IMG/VR virus record: IMGVR_UViG_3300005286_000510
Location: 1-51,694 of that record
Reading direction: 5' to 3' (one strand)
Source of the DNA: a virus
Lineage: Duplodnaviria; Caudoviricetes
DNA length: 51,694 nucleotides
The notes beneath the pieces were generated by a model, which searched no databases, was not told the origin of the DNA, and saw only the letters and a list, made by a program, of their open reading frames with translations. Shown piece by piece: positions 17,172-26,760 of this stretch (its first letter is position 1; each line of letters begins with the position of its first letter). A program made the translations under genes and the position numbers.

Positions 17172-19398
17172 TCCGGCCATCGAAGCCTGGCTTGCCGATT
17201 TCTTCGCCCCCGGTGTGGACCATGCCAAGGAATTGCTGTGCCAATCCTTGGAGGATGTCCAGATACCGACGCCTGTTCCGGTCGTGGAATGGGCCCAAAA
17301 GAACTTCTTCCTGTCGCCCGAGACCACCGGCACCAAGAAGCGGCTGAAGCTTTTCGGGTATCAGGTGGGCATTCTCGAGGCCATGGTAGACCCCAAAATC
17401 GAGGAGCTCTATATCCCCAAGGCGGCCAGAACGGGCATCTCGCAGCTGTTTATGGTGGCCTCCAGCTACGTTCTGTCGGTGCTCCGGGCACACGTCCTGC
17501 TGTACCAGCCGACGGAGGAGAAGTCGAAGGAGTACTCGGCCGACATCATGATGCCGGCATTCCGGGACTCTCCGCTGCTCGCCAAGCTCAAGCGGCAGGC
17601 CTACAGCAAGGGTGAAAAGCAGGACAAGGAGCTCTTCGTTCAGCTCAAAAACATGGCCCGTATGATGCTTTCCTACGCGTCAACGGACGACAATTTCCGT
17701 GGCAAGTCGACCAACATGGTCGGCGGTGACGAGCTCGATGGTGCCGGCTGGCAGCCGGGTGGCAAGAAGTCCCAGGGCCACAAGGTCAACCTGGCCAAGG
17801 ACCGCTTCAAGTCCGCACCCGGCTTCCGCAAGGGTGTGTTCTGGACTTCTCCGGACAAGACCAGCACCAGCCAGATTTGGCCGGAATGGGAGAAGACGGG
17901 GCAGGAATTTTATTTCGTTCCATGCCCGCATTGCGGGGAACTGCAGGATCTGAAGTGGGGTGAGCCCGAGAACCCTGAGGTGCGCTTCGGGATCAAATAC
18001 ACACTCGACCACCGTCGCCGGGTGGACGAGGTCTGGTATGAATGCGAGCACTGCCACAAGCCTATCACCGAGGATTATAAGGTCGAGATGATCAAGCCGG
18101 TCCAGTGGGGCGGCAAGGCTGTGTGGCGGGAGACCAACCCTGAAGGATCCATCTCGGACGACATCAGGGGCATGCACGTCAACGTCCTCTACGTGCCCAC
18201 CCCCGGCACCTCCTGGAAGAAGCTGGTGATTGCCTGGCGCGAGGCTTCCAAGGATCCGGATAAGATGAAGCAGTTCATCAACTCCAACCTTGGCATGCCT
18301 GCCAATGCCGTGAAGGTCGGCGAGAAGGTCAACTACCAGGCCTATGAGAAGCGGCGGCCGGTCAAATACGAGGCTGAATGCCCATCCTGGGTGCGGTTCA
18401 TCACCATGCATTTCGACACCCAGGCAGGCTGGAAAGACGAGAGCCTGAACCTGAAACCCCGCCATGAGGTGATGGTTTGCGGCTGGGGCCCGGGGTTTGA
18501 GTGTGCTGTCTTGGGTTACTTCATCCTGCAGGACCACAAGCCGTTCTCTCCTGGTGCCGTGGCGCAGCTGGACGAGATCATGAACCGGCAATGGAAGAAG
18601 GCAAATGGACAGTCCATGCGGGCGATCATCAACGCCTTCGACGCCAGCTATGAGCAGGAGCTGGCTTTGGCCTACGCTCAGGGGCCAACCCGCAAGGATC
18701 GTTGCCGCGCCCTCAAGGGTGAGGCTGAAACGGGCAAGGATCTGTCCCCGATCGTCACGGCCTCATACCGCCCGACCGAAGACAAAAACAAACTGATCAT
18801 GGTTGGCACCCGCCGGGCCAAGAACTTCGCCCAGGAGATGGTTCTCAACACCGAGGTCGGGCCCCGCTATGTGCACTTCCCGGAATCGATGGGTAAGGTC
18901 ATCAAGAAGTTCTACGCCGAGCGTGGCCGCGGCCTGTTCAACGAGGAGCCTACCGAGGATCAAAACGGCGTCCTGAAGTGGGAGCCGAAGGTCAAGAAGC
19001 ACGGCAACACCGGCGAAGTCTGGGATACCCTGGTGGGCAATCTGGTTGCCATCAACCTGGCCTGTCTCGAGTACAAGCAGGTCAGCCGCATCATCAAAGA
19101 CATGAGCGAGATCGAGCCACGGGAAAAGATCACCGTGACGGAGGATAACTCCATCATGGCTCAGATCTACTCCATCATCCAGTTGCAGCTGGCGTCCGGC
19201 ACGTTGCCGGAAACAGAGGCAGCTTGGGAGAACGACACGATGAGCATCCTGCCGCCGGGCGCTACCCGCCTGCCGGTCCAAGCCGCCGCCAACGACGAAG
19301 GCACGATCGGCGTCACCCGCGTCCGTCCCGGACAGGCGCAGCGCGTCGGCGTCCGCAAGAGTGTCGTGGGGATCCGCCGCCTGGGCGGCTTCCGCTGA
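17164..19398 (+). CDS. terL: Terminase large subunit, GpA family
   Basis: KAARTGIS Walker A, GDELD Walker B, CPHC and CEHC Zn motifs, EVWD nuclease region. Confidence 0.92.
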   Translation: MSNPAIEAWLADFFAPGVDHAKELLCQSLEDVQIPTPVPVVEWAQKNFFLSPETTGTKKRLKLFGYQVGILEAMVDPKIEELYIPKAARTGISQLFMVASSYVLSVLRAHVLLYQPTEEKSKEYSADIMMPAFRDSPLLAKLKRQAYSKGEKQDKELFVQLKNMARMMLSYASTDDNFRGKSTNMVGGDELDGAGWQPGGKKSQGHKVNLAKDRFKSAPGFRKGVFWTSPDKTSTSQIWPEWEKTGQEFYFVPCPHCGELQDLKWGEPENPEVRFGIKYTLDHRRRVDEVWYECEHCHKPITEDYKVEMIKPVQWGGKAVWRETNPEGSISDDIRGMHVNVLYVPTPGTSWKKLVIAWREASKDPDKMKQFINSNLGMPANAVKVGEKVNYQAYEKRRPVKYEAECPSWVRFITMHFDTQAGWKDESLNLKPRHEVMVCGWGPGFECAVLGYFILQDHKPFSPGAVAQLDEIMNRQWKKANGQSMRAIINAFDASYEQELALAYAQGPTRKDRCRALKGEAETGKDLSPIVTASYRPTEDKNKLIMVGTRRAKNFAQEMVLNTEVGPRYVHFPESMGKVIKKFYAERGRGLFNEEPTEDQNGVLKWEPKVKKHGNTGEVWDTLVGNLVAINLACLEYKQVSRIIKDMSEIEPREKITVTEDNSIMAQIYSIIQLQLASGTLPETEAAWENDTMSILPPGATRLPVQAAANDEGTIGVTRVRPGQAQRVGVRKSVVGIRRLGGFR

Positions 19399-19399
19399 T

Positions 19400-19422
19400 T
19401 TTTGTCCGGTGATTTCTCCAAA
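19400..19422 (+). repeat. Late-region repeat copy 1 (23 bp)
   Basis: TTTTGTCCGGTGATTTCTCCAAA. Confidence 0.9.
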
Positions 19423-19457
19423 TAACTCATGAAGGCTACGGGACGCAGGAGTGTCCC

Positions 19458-19712
19458 GTGGCCGCCAATCCCTTCAAATACCACAGCCTCGAAGAATGCC
19501 AGGCGCTCTACCGCGAGATCGCGGACCGCCTGGCTCAGAACGTCAAGTCGCAATCCAACCAGGTTGCGGGCAGCTTGTCGTTTGGGGATGTGGCTGCTGA
19601 CCAGGCCAATCTGGATTTCCTCGAGCAGCGGATTGCCCAGCTCGAGGGCCGCACTCCCGACACTGCTAAGAAGATCCGGGTGATCCGGATGAATCCAGGA
19701 CTGTACCGCTGA
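19458..19712 (+). CDS. gpW-like head-tail joining protein
   Basis: Size and position between terL and portal; AGGAG RBS. Confidence 0.75.
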   Translation: MAANPFKYHSLEECQALYREIADRLAQNVKSQSNQVAGSLSFGDVAADQANLDFLEQRIAQLEGRTPDTAKKIRVIRMNPGLYR

Positions 19713-21397
19713 TGGCTGGCCCCAAGACGAAGGCCATCGCGGCCGCGCCTGTATCCACAGAAACTGAAGGCGTCACGCTCCTCAAGCCGCGTGTGCGGAT
19801 CCAGGCGCCGACGATCAACCGCGCCATGTCCACCGTCGGCCGCTCCGAGATGGCGACCATGATGGCCGGCGTGGCTGCCCCCTATGAGACCGCTGCTTCC
19901 TCCTCCCGCATGCCTCTTGTCGGCAACCCGGGTCCGATCGCGCTCTCAAGCTACCACCGCCAGAATGCCTCCCTGGCCCGCCACTTCTTCCGGACGGACG
20001 GCACGCTGCGCTCGGCCTACATGCAGCTGGCCAATGCCGTGGTCGGTACCGGTCCTACGCCCAATACCCCTTTCCGCGAGCTCCTGCCGCTGTGGCGTAA
20101 ATTCGCGTCCCAGGTCCATGCCGGGCGCCGAATCCCGCTGGGCCTGATGATCTACCAGAACTACATGGGCGGCGAGATTACCGGCGACGCACTGCTGCAT
20201 CTGCGCCGGCCGACCAATCCGCTGCCGGACCAGCTGATCCCGCTGCACGTCCATCCGCTTGAAAGCGAGCGCCTGCCATACCTGACCACCAGGACGTCTG
20301 CCGGCAACCCGGTCATCACCGGTATCGAGTTCGACGAGGACCGCCACCGCACTGCATACTGGCTGCACCCCGTCCACCCCAATGACGGCGGAGTATCCTT
20401 CACCGGCTCCAACACCCCCGTCCGCTTTGACGCGGCCGACATCATCCATTCCTTCCGGCCCAGCCGCGAAGAAGCCGAGCGTGGGGAAAGCCGGGCCGTT
20501 GCCGCCATGGTCATGCTGTGGCGCCTGCATCGGTATTTCGACGCCGAGATGGAGCGCAAGAAGCTCGTCGCGTCCGTGCCCGGTTTCCTCAAGGACAAGG
20601 GCGACGAGATGATTGACCTGTCGGCTTACGGCGGCTCCGCCGAGGGCCTGCGGACTTTCATCGATGAGATCGAATACGCTTACGGCTCGCTGTTCCATCT
20701 GCCGTCCAGCACCGACGTCATTTTCCCCCAAGTCGTGGACAGCTCGGGCAACGCCAGCATCTTCACCAAGCTGATGATGCTGATCGTCTGCGCAAGCATG
20801 GGTATCCCCTATGAGCTCGTGTCCGGCGACTGGGGTGGTGTCACCGACCGCGTAGCGTCCATCCAAGGCGGATACTTCAAAACCTTCGTAGAAGCAGAGC
20901 GGGCCCGTCTGAACTATCAGACGATGAACCCGCTATGGCACGCCTTCGTGCAGATGTGCACGATCAACAAGCTTTGGGAGCCGCCCGAGGGTGTCGCTGA
21001 ATGGCGGCATTACGAAGTCGAATGGTCCTGGCCGGTCCAGTCGTACAAGCATCCCGTGCAGGACATCCAGGCTAAGCTGGAGGCCATGAAGGCCGGTCTG
21101 GTCGACCGCGACACTCTGATCCGCGAGTTAGGCTACGACCCAGAAACCGTCGACATTCAGCAGTGTCTGGCTATGGAGCGCGCCCGGATCCTGGGCCATC
21201 ACTACGACAGCCATCCTGTCGAGGCACCGGCACCGGGCGTCCTTGGCCCCAATGGCATGCCTGTGGCGTCCACGCCGACCGAGAAGTCGGAGCAGCAGGA
21301 ACGGGTCAACGAAATCGCTGCCAAGCAGATCGAAAATTTCTTGGCCGAAATGGAGGCGTCCGAGGCTGACCGCGGGATTCTGGGGAATCCGCGGTGA
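19712..21397 (+). CDS. Portal protein, lambda family
   Basis: VVGTGPTP, GIEFD...AYW, RG.SR, GIPYELVSGDW, HPVQD motifs. Confidence 0.92.
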   Translation: MAGPKTKAIAAAPVSTETEGVTLLKPRVRIQAPTINRAMSTVGRSEMATMMAGVAAPYETAASSSRMPLVGNPGPIALSSYHRQNASLARHFFRTDGTLRSAYMQLANAVVGTGPTPNTPFRELLPLWRKFASQVHAGRRIPLGLMIYQNYMGGEITGDALLHLRRPTNPLPDQLIPLHVHPLESERLPYLTTRTSAGNPVITGIEFDEDRHRTAYWLHPVHPNDGGVSFTGSNTPVRFDAADIIHSFRPSREEAERGESRAVAAMVMLWRLHRYFDAEMERKKLVASVPGFLKDKGDEMIDLSAYGGSAEGLRTFIDEIEYAYGSLFHLPSSTDVIFPQVVDSSGNASIFTKLMMLIVCASMGIPYELVSGDWGGVTDRVASIQGGYFKTFVEAERARLNYQTMNPLWHAFVQMCTINKLWEPPEGVAEWRHYEVEWSWPVQSYKHPVQDIQAKLEAMKAGLVDRDTLIRELGYDPETVDIQQCLAMERARILGHHYDSHPVEAPAPGVLGPNGMPVASTPTEKSEQQERVNEIAAKQIENFLAEMEASEADRGILGNPR

Positions 21398-21402
21398 TGG
21401 TT

Positions 21403-21441
21403 TTTTGTCCGGTGATTTCTCCAAAAATCCACAGCACGCTC
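21403..21441 (+). repeat. Late-region repeat copy 2 (39 bp)
   Basis: TTTTGTCCGGTGATTTCTCCAAAAATCCACAGCACGCTC. Confidence 0.9.
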
Positions 21442-21465
21442 AATCCGAACATGGAGATACCTCTC

Positions 21466-22755
21466 ATGAACATGGCTTCCGGCCGCTCCATTGATGCCCT
21501 CCTCTGTCTCGCGGCCGGTACTGCGCCCAGCGACACACTCTCCGCACGTCCGTCGCTGGGCGCTTCTTCTCTTCCTGTCCTGATGAATGCCGCCCAGCTT
21601 GACGCTGAGGGCATCAAGCTCTCGGGCAAGCCCTACTTCAAGCTGGCAAAGCTGGAAGGCGGGAAGGTCGCCACCCTCGACATCGATGGCGTCATCGGCG
21701 GCGAATATGATTTCTGGACCGGTATCGAATCCGGCAAGTCCTCCACGACTTTCAAGCAAGAGATCAAGGCGCTCGGTGCTATCGAGCAGCTCAATCTCAA
21801 CATCAATTCTCCGGGCGGCATCGGCTCCGAGGGCGTGGAGATCAATCTCCGCCTGCAGGAGCTCAAGGCTGCCGGCGTCAAGATCGTCGCCAAGATCGGA
21901 TCCCTGTGCGCCTCTGCGGCGACTGTGGTGGCCTGTGCTGCCGACGAGGTCCAGATCACCGATCTGTCGGCCTACATGATTCATGACGGCTTCGGCGGCG
22001 TCTCCGGCCCCGTCGAAAAGATCCGGGCCTACGTCGACTACATGGAAGTGGTCAACGCATCGGCACTGACGGCCTACACGGCCAAGAACACCAAGATGAC
22101 CGCCGACGAGATCAAGGCCGCCATGAAGGCCGAGACCTGGTATTCCGGCGCCGAGGCTGTCGAGGCCGGCTTTGCCGACACCCTCGTCAACGTCTCTAGC
22201 ATCACCGCCTGCGCGGACATGAGCCTTGTGAACCTGGAGCGTGCTCCGGATCACATCAAGGCCCTGCTCATGGCGGCCACCCCTCCGGAGGGCGATCAGG
22301 ATTCAAACACCGATCCAGTCGATCCCGCGAACGTTCCTCCGGCTCCCACTGACGCTGCCGCCGAGATCGCCGATCTCAAGCAGCAGGTCGAAACTCTGTC
22401 CGCCGTCGTCACTGCCCTGAACGAGCAGATCGCGTCCGGCAACACGCCGGAACCCACGCCAGAGTCGACGCCCGAGCCTGTCGTCCAGGTCGACGTGAAG
22501 TCGCCGGCCGTCATGGCCCTGAAGTCCTTCGCGACCATGCGCAAGCAGGAAGCCGAGTTCGACGCGGCTGTGGCCGCTGGTGCCGACCTGCCGACGCTGC
22601 GGACGATGTTCCTCACGGCGCCGGCGCCGAAGGTCGAGCAGCCCGGTCTGCTTAGCAATCCGGTGGACGTCACCCCTCCGTCGCCCGTCACCCCCCAAAC
22701 CCAGGCGCACAAGCTCAATGCGCTGGCGGCGTCCATCTACGCTAGCCGTAACTGA
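21466..22755 (+). CDS. ClpP-type head maturation protease with C-terminal scaffold
   Basis: INSPGG, CASAATV (catalytic Ser), MIHD, ETWY..EAVEAGFAD; Pro-rich/coiled-coil tail. Confidence 0.9.
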   Translation: MNMASGRSIDALLCLAAGTAPSDTLSARPSLGASSLPVLMNAAQLDAEGIKLSGKPYFKLAKLEGGKVATLDIDGVIGGEYDFWTGIESGKSSTTFKQEIKALGAIEQLNLNINSPGGIGSEGVEINLRLQELKAAGVKIVAKIGSLCASAATVVACAADEVQITDLSAYMIHDGFGGVSGPVEKIRAYVDYMEVVNASALTAYTAKNTKMTADEIKAAMKAETWYSGAEAVEAGFADTLVNVSSITACADMSLVNLERAPDHIKALLMAATPPEGDQDSNTDPVDPANVPPAPTDAAAEIADLKQQVETLSAVVTALNEQIASGNTPEPTPESTPEPVVQVDVKSPAVMALKSFATMRKQEAEFDAAVAAGADLPTLRTMFLTAPAPKVEQPGLLSNPVDVTPPSPVTPQTQAHKLNALAASIYASRN

Positions 22756-22766
22756 AGGAAAAACCG

Positions 22767-23156
22767 ATGACCCGTGCTTTTGCTGTCTTGACCTCTGAAG
22801 CTAACGGCTACCGCAGCCGTGAGCAGGGAACTGCTGCCGTCGCCCTCGAGGCTGGCCAGGTGGTCGAGTTCCACCCCGGCGCCGCCGAGGTGATCGCTGA
22901 CCCGGGCGCCGAGCCGCCTGTTGTTGGCTCGCCGGCTGTTCCTGAGGGCTACCACCCTTACGGCACCGCTGGCGTGACCGCCGGAACCGCCGCTGTGGCG
23001 CTTCACGCTGTGGCTGCAGGTGCTGATGGCGTCTTCGCTGTCCGCGACTGCGAAGTGGCTGACCAGCTTCTGGTGGTCGACGAAGCCGACTTCGACGATG
23101 CCGTGGCAGACCTCGCCGCCAAGGGTGTCATCGCCCGCGACTCCATCGTCCTCTAA
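22767..23156 (+). CDS. Head decoration protein
   Basis: SEANGYRSRE motif; lies between protease and capsid. Confidence 0.8.
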   Translation: MTRAFAVLTSEANGYRSREQGTAAVALEAGQVVEFHPGAAEVIADPGAEPPVVGSPAVPEGYHPYGTAGVTAGTAAVALHAVAAGADGVFAVRDCEVADQLLVVDEADFDDAVADLAAKGVIARDSIVL

Positions 23157-23211
23157 CCCCGAACCGGACCGCTGCCGGTCTCGTCCCAACACACGCAGAG
23201 AGTAGAAAACT

Positions 23212-24243
23212 ATGGCCCTCTATAACGCCGAGACCGACAGCGTCCACGATCTGACCACGCTGTCTGGCGTCATCAACAAGCAGCCGATGCTGAAGAAGCA
23301 GCTGACCAAGAAGCTCGAAGGCCTGATCGCGGCCGAGGGTGTGGTCGGCAAGACTGCCCTGATCGACAAGATCGAAGGCAAGCTCGGCATCATCGACCCG
23401 TCCGAGCACGGCTCCGCACCGACTCGCGTCGACACCGACGACTTCACCCAGCTCGCCGTGGCAATCCCGCACTACGCTTCCGAGGTTGTTGTGCGTGCCG
23501 AGGAAGTCTCGGGTCGTCGTCAGATCGGTACCGTCGACACCCTCGAGACCGTCCCTGGTCTGCTGGAGCGCAAGCTCGGCAAGAACCGTCAGGTCTTCGA
23601 CGCCATCTTCGACTTCCAGCTGGACGGCGCCCTGCGCGGCCAGATCAAGAACTCGAAGGGCAAGGTCATCGCTGACCTGTCGCAGTTCGGTGCTACGACC
23701 AAGTTCAACATTGACCTGAACTCGGCCGACTTCGATCCGCACGCTTACTTCCGTAAGTACAAGCGCGAAGTGGCTCCGCACCTGACCAACTACGCCGGCG
23801 ACGGTTACATCGCATTCATCCCACCGGCTGAATACGAGAAGATCGTCACCAAGAAGTCGGTCAAGGAAGCCTACGACCGCTGGCAGGATGGCGCCTTCTT
23901 CCGCCAGGACAATGGCGAACGCGGTGGCTTCGTGGTTGCCGACAACGTCGAGCTGGTCGAGTTCACTCCGGACCAGCTGGCCGGCGGCCTGACCTACGGT
24001 GCTGTGAACGACATCATCGTTGTGCCCAAGGCCCAGGGCCTGATCCGTCGCTTCCACGGTCCTCGCCAGGATCTCGACTACGTCAACACGATCGGCCTGC
24101 CGATCTACGCCTACAGCGAAGAGCTGCCGGGTCGTCGTGGCGAGCGCATCGAGACCGAGACCAACACCATCACCCTGGTCGAGGTTCTGGAAGCCATCGG
24201 CATCCTGACGGTCGGCGCCGGTGGTGTCCAGCCGGGCGCATAA
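23212..24243 (+). CDS. Major capsid protein (gpE family)
   Basis: 343 aa; IPHY, GALRGQI, VNTIGLPIYA; strong codon bias. Confidence 0.9.
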   Translation: MALYNAETDSVHDLTTLSGVINKQPMLKKQLTKKLEGLIAAEGVVGKTALIDKIEGKLGIIDPSEHGSAPTRVDTDDFTQLAVAIPHYASEVVVRAEEVSGRRQIGTVDTLETVPGLLERKLGKNRQVFDAIFDFQLDGALRGQIKNSKGKVIADLSQFGATTKFNIDLNSADFDPHAYFRKYKREVAPHLTNYAGDGYIAFIPPAEYEKIVTKKSVKEAYDRWQDGAFFRQDNGERGGFVVADNVELVEFTPDQLAGGLTYGAVNDIIVVPKAQGLIRRFHGPRQDLDYVNTIGLPIYAYSEELPGRRGERIETETNTITLVEVLEAIGILTVGAGGVQPGA

Positions 24244-24267
24244 GCCCCGCTAACCCCGAATACCCCG

Positions 24268-24305
24268 AGGGGCCGGTCATGATCTGGCCGGCCCCTTTCT
24301 CTTTC
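24268..24305 (+). terminator. Rho-independent terminator after capsid
   Basis: AGGGGCCGGTCA / TGGCCGGCCCCT stem followed by TTCTCTTT. Confidence 0.75.
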
Positions 24306-24323
24306 AGCAGCCGAGAGCCACCG

Positions 24324-24638
24324 ATGCGCGAAATCAAAACCCCGAACGCCCAAGGCGGCGATGCGCTGGACGTCATCCAGCCCGGCAAGGTGACAAGCCT
24401 GACGCTGGACGCCGGTATCGCCACCGCCTTCCCGCCTGCTGCGGACTATCCCAATGGCGGGCTGCTTTCGATCCGCATCCCCGCCGACATGGTCGTGGAG
24501 CTGCGGATGACAGCGGACGGCCCGGGATACCAGCTTGACCCCGGACACTGGTCGCTGGGCTTCGACGAAGCCGAGGAATGCTTCCTGGTCTCGACGGATC
24601 CCGTCACCCTGGCAATCCTTGCCAGCAAGGAGATCTGA
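24324..24638 (+). CDS. Hypothetical virion protein
   Basis: ORF after capsid in the structural operon. Confidence 0.65.
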   Translation: MREIKTPNAQGGDALDVIQPGKVTSLTLDAGIATAFPPAADYPNGGLLSIRIPADMVVELRMTADGPGYQLDPGHWSLGFDEAEECFLVSTDPVTLAILASKEI

Positions 24639-24639
24639 T

Positions 24640-25533
24640 ATGGGGCGCGGTTTTATTCCTCTGCCGACCGGCGGCTCCGGTGGCGGCGCTGCCAAGTCCG
24701 ATGTCTGGGACCTGGTTGACTACGAGTGGATCACCGTCAACGGCACCTGGGACAAGATGGCTGCGCTGGCGGCTCATGTCCCGGGCTATGCCATGGACGA
24801 CATCCGGCTGGACATTGACATCATCGGTGGTGGCTCCAGTGGATACTGCTGCTCCAGCGGCCCCGGTGCTGGAGGACCGCAAGGCGGTGTTCGCCGCCTG
24901 TCGAAGTTGCACCCTGACGAGCTCGCCGAAACCGTAGCAGCAGTGATCGGTGCCGGTGGCGCGGCTATCGACTCCGGCTCCAAGTCCGGATCTTTTTATG
25001 CAGCTAATCCAGGTGGTGCTACGTCGTTCGGCCCTTGGTCAGCACCGGGCGGAAACAGAGCGTCTAACTCATTTTTGATGAGCACCGCGACCATGCCGTC
25101 AGATGTGCCGCTTGGTGCGCCGGGTGCTGGCAATACCAGCTCTGTGGCCCCATCTGCGGCAATGCCCTCGTTTGGTCCGGGCGGTGGTGGCGCTGGTGGT
25201 TGGCAGACTGGTCCGGGTCTTTCAGGTGGCAATGCCTGTGTAGACCGTCCGACGTCCAAAACCCTTGGAGGGCAGGGTGTCAGTGATGCTGCAGGTCAGC
25301 CCGGTGTCGATGCGTTTGACGCCTGGGGTTTTGGCTCAGGTGCTGCCGGCGGTGCTGCCCACATGTCGGCCGGTTTGAACTGCGGCGGGAAAGGAGGCTT
25401 TCCAGGCGGCGGTGGTGGTGGTGGCGGGCGCGACGGCATTGGTGCTGACAACCGGCCGCTCAATGGTGGTGCCGGCGGCAATGGTGCTGTCCGTATCCGC
25501 TACTTCGTTCGCAGAGGAGCAGTCGCAGCATGA
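24640..25533 (+). CDS. Glycine-rich fibre-like protein
   Basis: IIGGGSSG, IGAGG, PGGGGGGG, GAGGNGAVRIRY; AAGGAG RBS. Confidence 0.75.
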   Translation: MGRGFIPLPTGGSGGGAAKSDVWDLVDYEWITVNGTWDKMAALAAHVPGYAMDDIRLDIDIIGGGSSGYCCSSGPGAGGPQGGVRRLSKLHPDELAETVAAVIGAGGAAIDSGSKSGSFYAANPGGATSFGPWSAPGGNRASNSFLMSTATMPSDVPLGAPGAGNTSSVAPSAAMPSFGPGGGGAGGWQTGPGLSGGNACVDRPTSKTLGGQGVSDAAGQPGVDAFDAWGFGSGAAGGAAHMSAGLNCGGKGGFPGGGGGGGGRDGIGADNRPLNGGAGGNGAVRIRYFVRRGAVAA

Positions 25534-25736
25534 ACCATCTGATCGTAGAATCCGGCCACGTCATCAACGTGGTGTTGGGTGATCGTCCGGAGGGGTACCC
25601 GTTCCCGAACCACTTGTGGATCGCCCAGGAGGGGGACGCTGCCAACGTGCAGATCGGCTGGACCATGGCGGAGGACGGTAGCTTCCAGCCGCCTCCGCCT
25701 CCGCCAATCTTCGAGGAAGAGCCCGCTGCCGAATAA
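25530..25736 (+). CDS. Small protein coupled to the Gly-rich fibre gene
   Basis: ATGA overlap; VINVV..QIGW..DGSF.PP pattern seen after fibre genes. Confidence 0.65.
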   Translation: MNHLIVESGHVINVVLGDRPEGYPFPNHLWIAQEGDAANVQIGWTMAEDGSFQPPPPPPIFEEEPAAE

Positions 25737-25745
25737 CAATCCCTG

Positions 25746-25780
25746 ACCTGCCGGGGTATTTTTCCGATACCCCGGCAGGT
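25746..25780. terminator. Strong hairpin, terminator or processing site
   Basis: Perfect 14-bp stem ACCTGCCGGGGTAT / ATACCCCGGCAGGT; weak U tract. Confidence 0.55.
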
Positions 25781-25848
25781 TGCCCGTAACTTTCAGCTTT
25801 TCAGGTTCACAATAACCAATTGATCCGCAATCGAAAATCGAGCCGCAA

Positions 25849-26154
25849 ATGCTAACTCTGGCACAAAGACAGGTCCGCGGCCCGCTCGGCAAGGCGATCG
25901 CCGTCACGCTCGACGGCGGGACGCATCACGTCCGCTGCCTGTCCGGATCCCGCAAGATCGGCGTGTCGGTCGGCGAGCAGATGGCCGTCGTCCGCCAGCT
26001 CGAAGTACAGATCGCCGCTGCGGACCTGCCGCGACCGCTGTTTGCCGGTGACCAAATCACCCTGGAAGGCAAGCGGTACCGGGTCAACGAGGAAGCCGCG
26101 GAGGACGGCGGCATGTTGTTGATAGAAAGCGTTACCTACCTCGGCGTCGCGTGA
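25849..26154 (+). CDS. Head-tail joining protein (gpFII-like)
   Basis: GDQITLEGKRYRV..EDGG beta-rich pattern; position. Confidence 0.65.
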   Translation: MLTLAQRQVRGPLGKAIAVTLDGGTHHVRCLSGSRKIGVSVGEQMAVVRQLEVQIAAADLPRPLFAGDQITLEGKRYRVNEEAAEDGGMLLIESVTYLGVA

Positions 26155-26233
26155 CGGCAAACCAAGGAGTAACGGGGGTGCTTCCATAATTCCGGCGTGA
26201 TGCCGAACACGGCTGATCCCTGTCAGCCCTGTG

Positions 26234-26272
26234 TTTTGTCCGGTGATTTCTCCAAAAATCCACAGCACGCTC
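26234..26272 (+). repeat. Late-region repeat copy 3 (39 bp)
   Basis: Identical to 21403-21441. Confidence 0.9.
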
Positions 26273-26298
26273 TCTCGCAATCACGGGAGCTCGCACGC

Positions 26299-26754
26299 GT
26301 GCACGTCAACGGACAAATCGGCAGAGCCTGCAGGGATCAGCTCACGGCTGGCCAGGCGCTTCCTGTCGACCTGAATCCTGTGTGGGCCTTCAGCACTTCT
26401 CAGCTTCCCCGGATTGCCGTGGATGTCCTTGCAGCTCGTCCGGCCGGACAAGCTACCGGTGCTACCGGCGGCGCTCGCCTGCATAGCCGCGTCATCGAGG
26501 TCTCCGTCTCAATCCTGGTCGCCCTGGACGGCGACGTGTCGGCCCAGCTCGATGAGCACGCTGTCGCGGTCGAGGCTTGCCTGGGCACCGGCTTGGCGGG
26601 CGTCAAGCTGCAGGATTGGCAGTGGGCTGGGGAGACATCCTCAAGCGAGCTCCAGTCCGCGGACAAGGGGCTGATCGCTGCCCGCACCATCAAGTATGCC
26701 GCAACCGTCGCGCTCCGCGAAGGCAAGGCTGACACCTCAATTCTCAGGAGCTAA
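26299..26754 (+). CDS. Tail terminator-like protein
   Basis: GTG start after GGGAG; LPRIAV; precedes tail tube. Confidence 0.6.
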   Translation: MHVNGQIGRACRDQLTAGQALPVDLNPVWAFSTSQLPRIAVDVLAARPAGQATGATGGARLHSRVIEVSVSILVALDGDVSAQLDEHAVAVEACLGTGLAGVKLQDWQWAGETSSSELQSADKGLIAARTIKYAATVALREGKADTSILRS

Positions 26755-26760
26755 ACGGCC

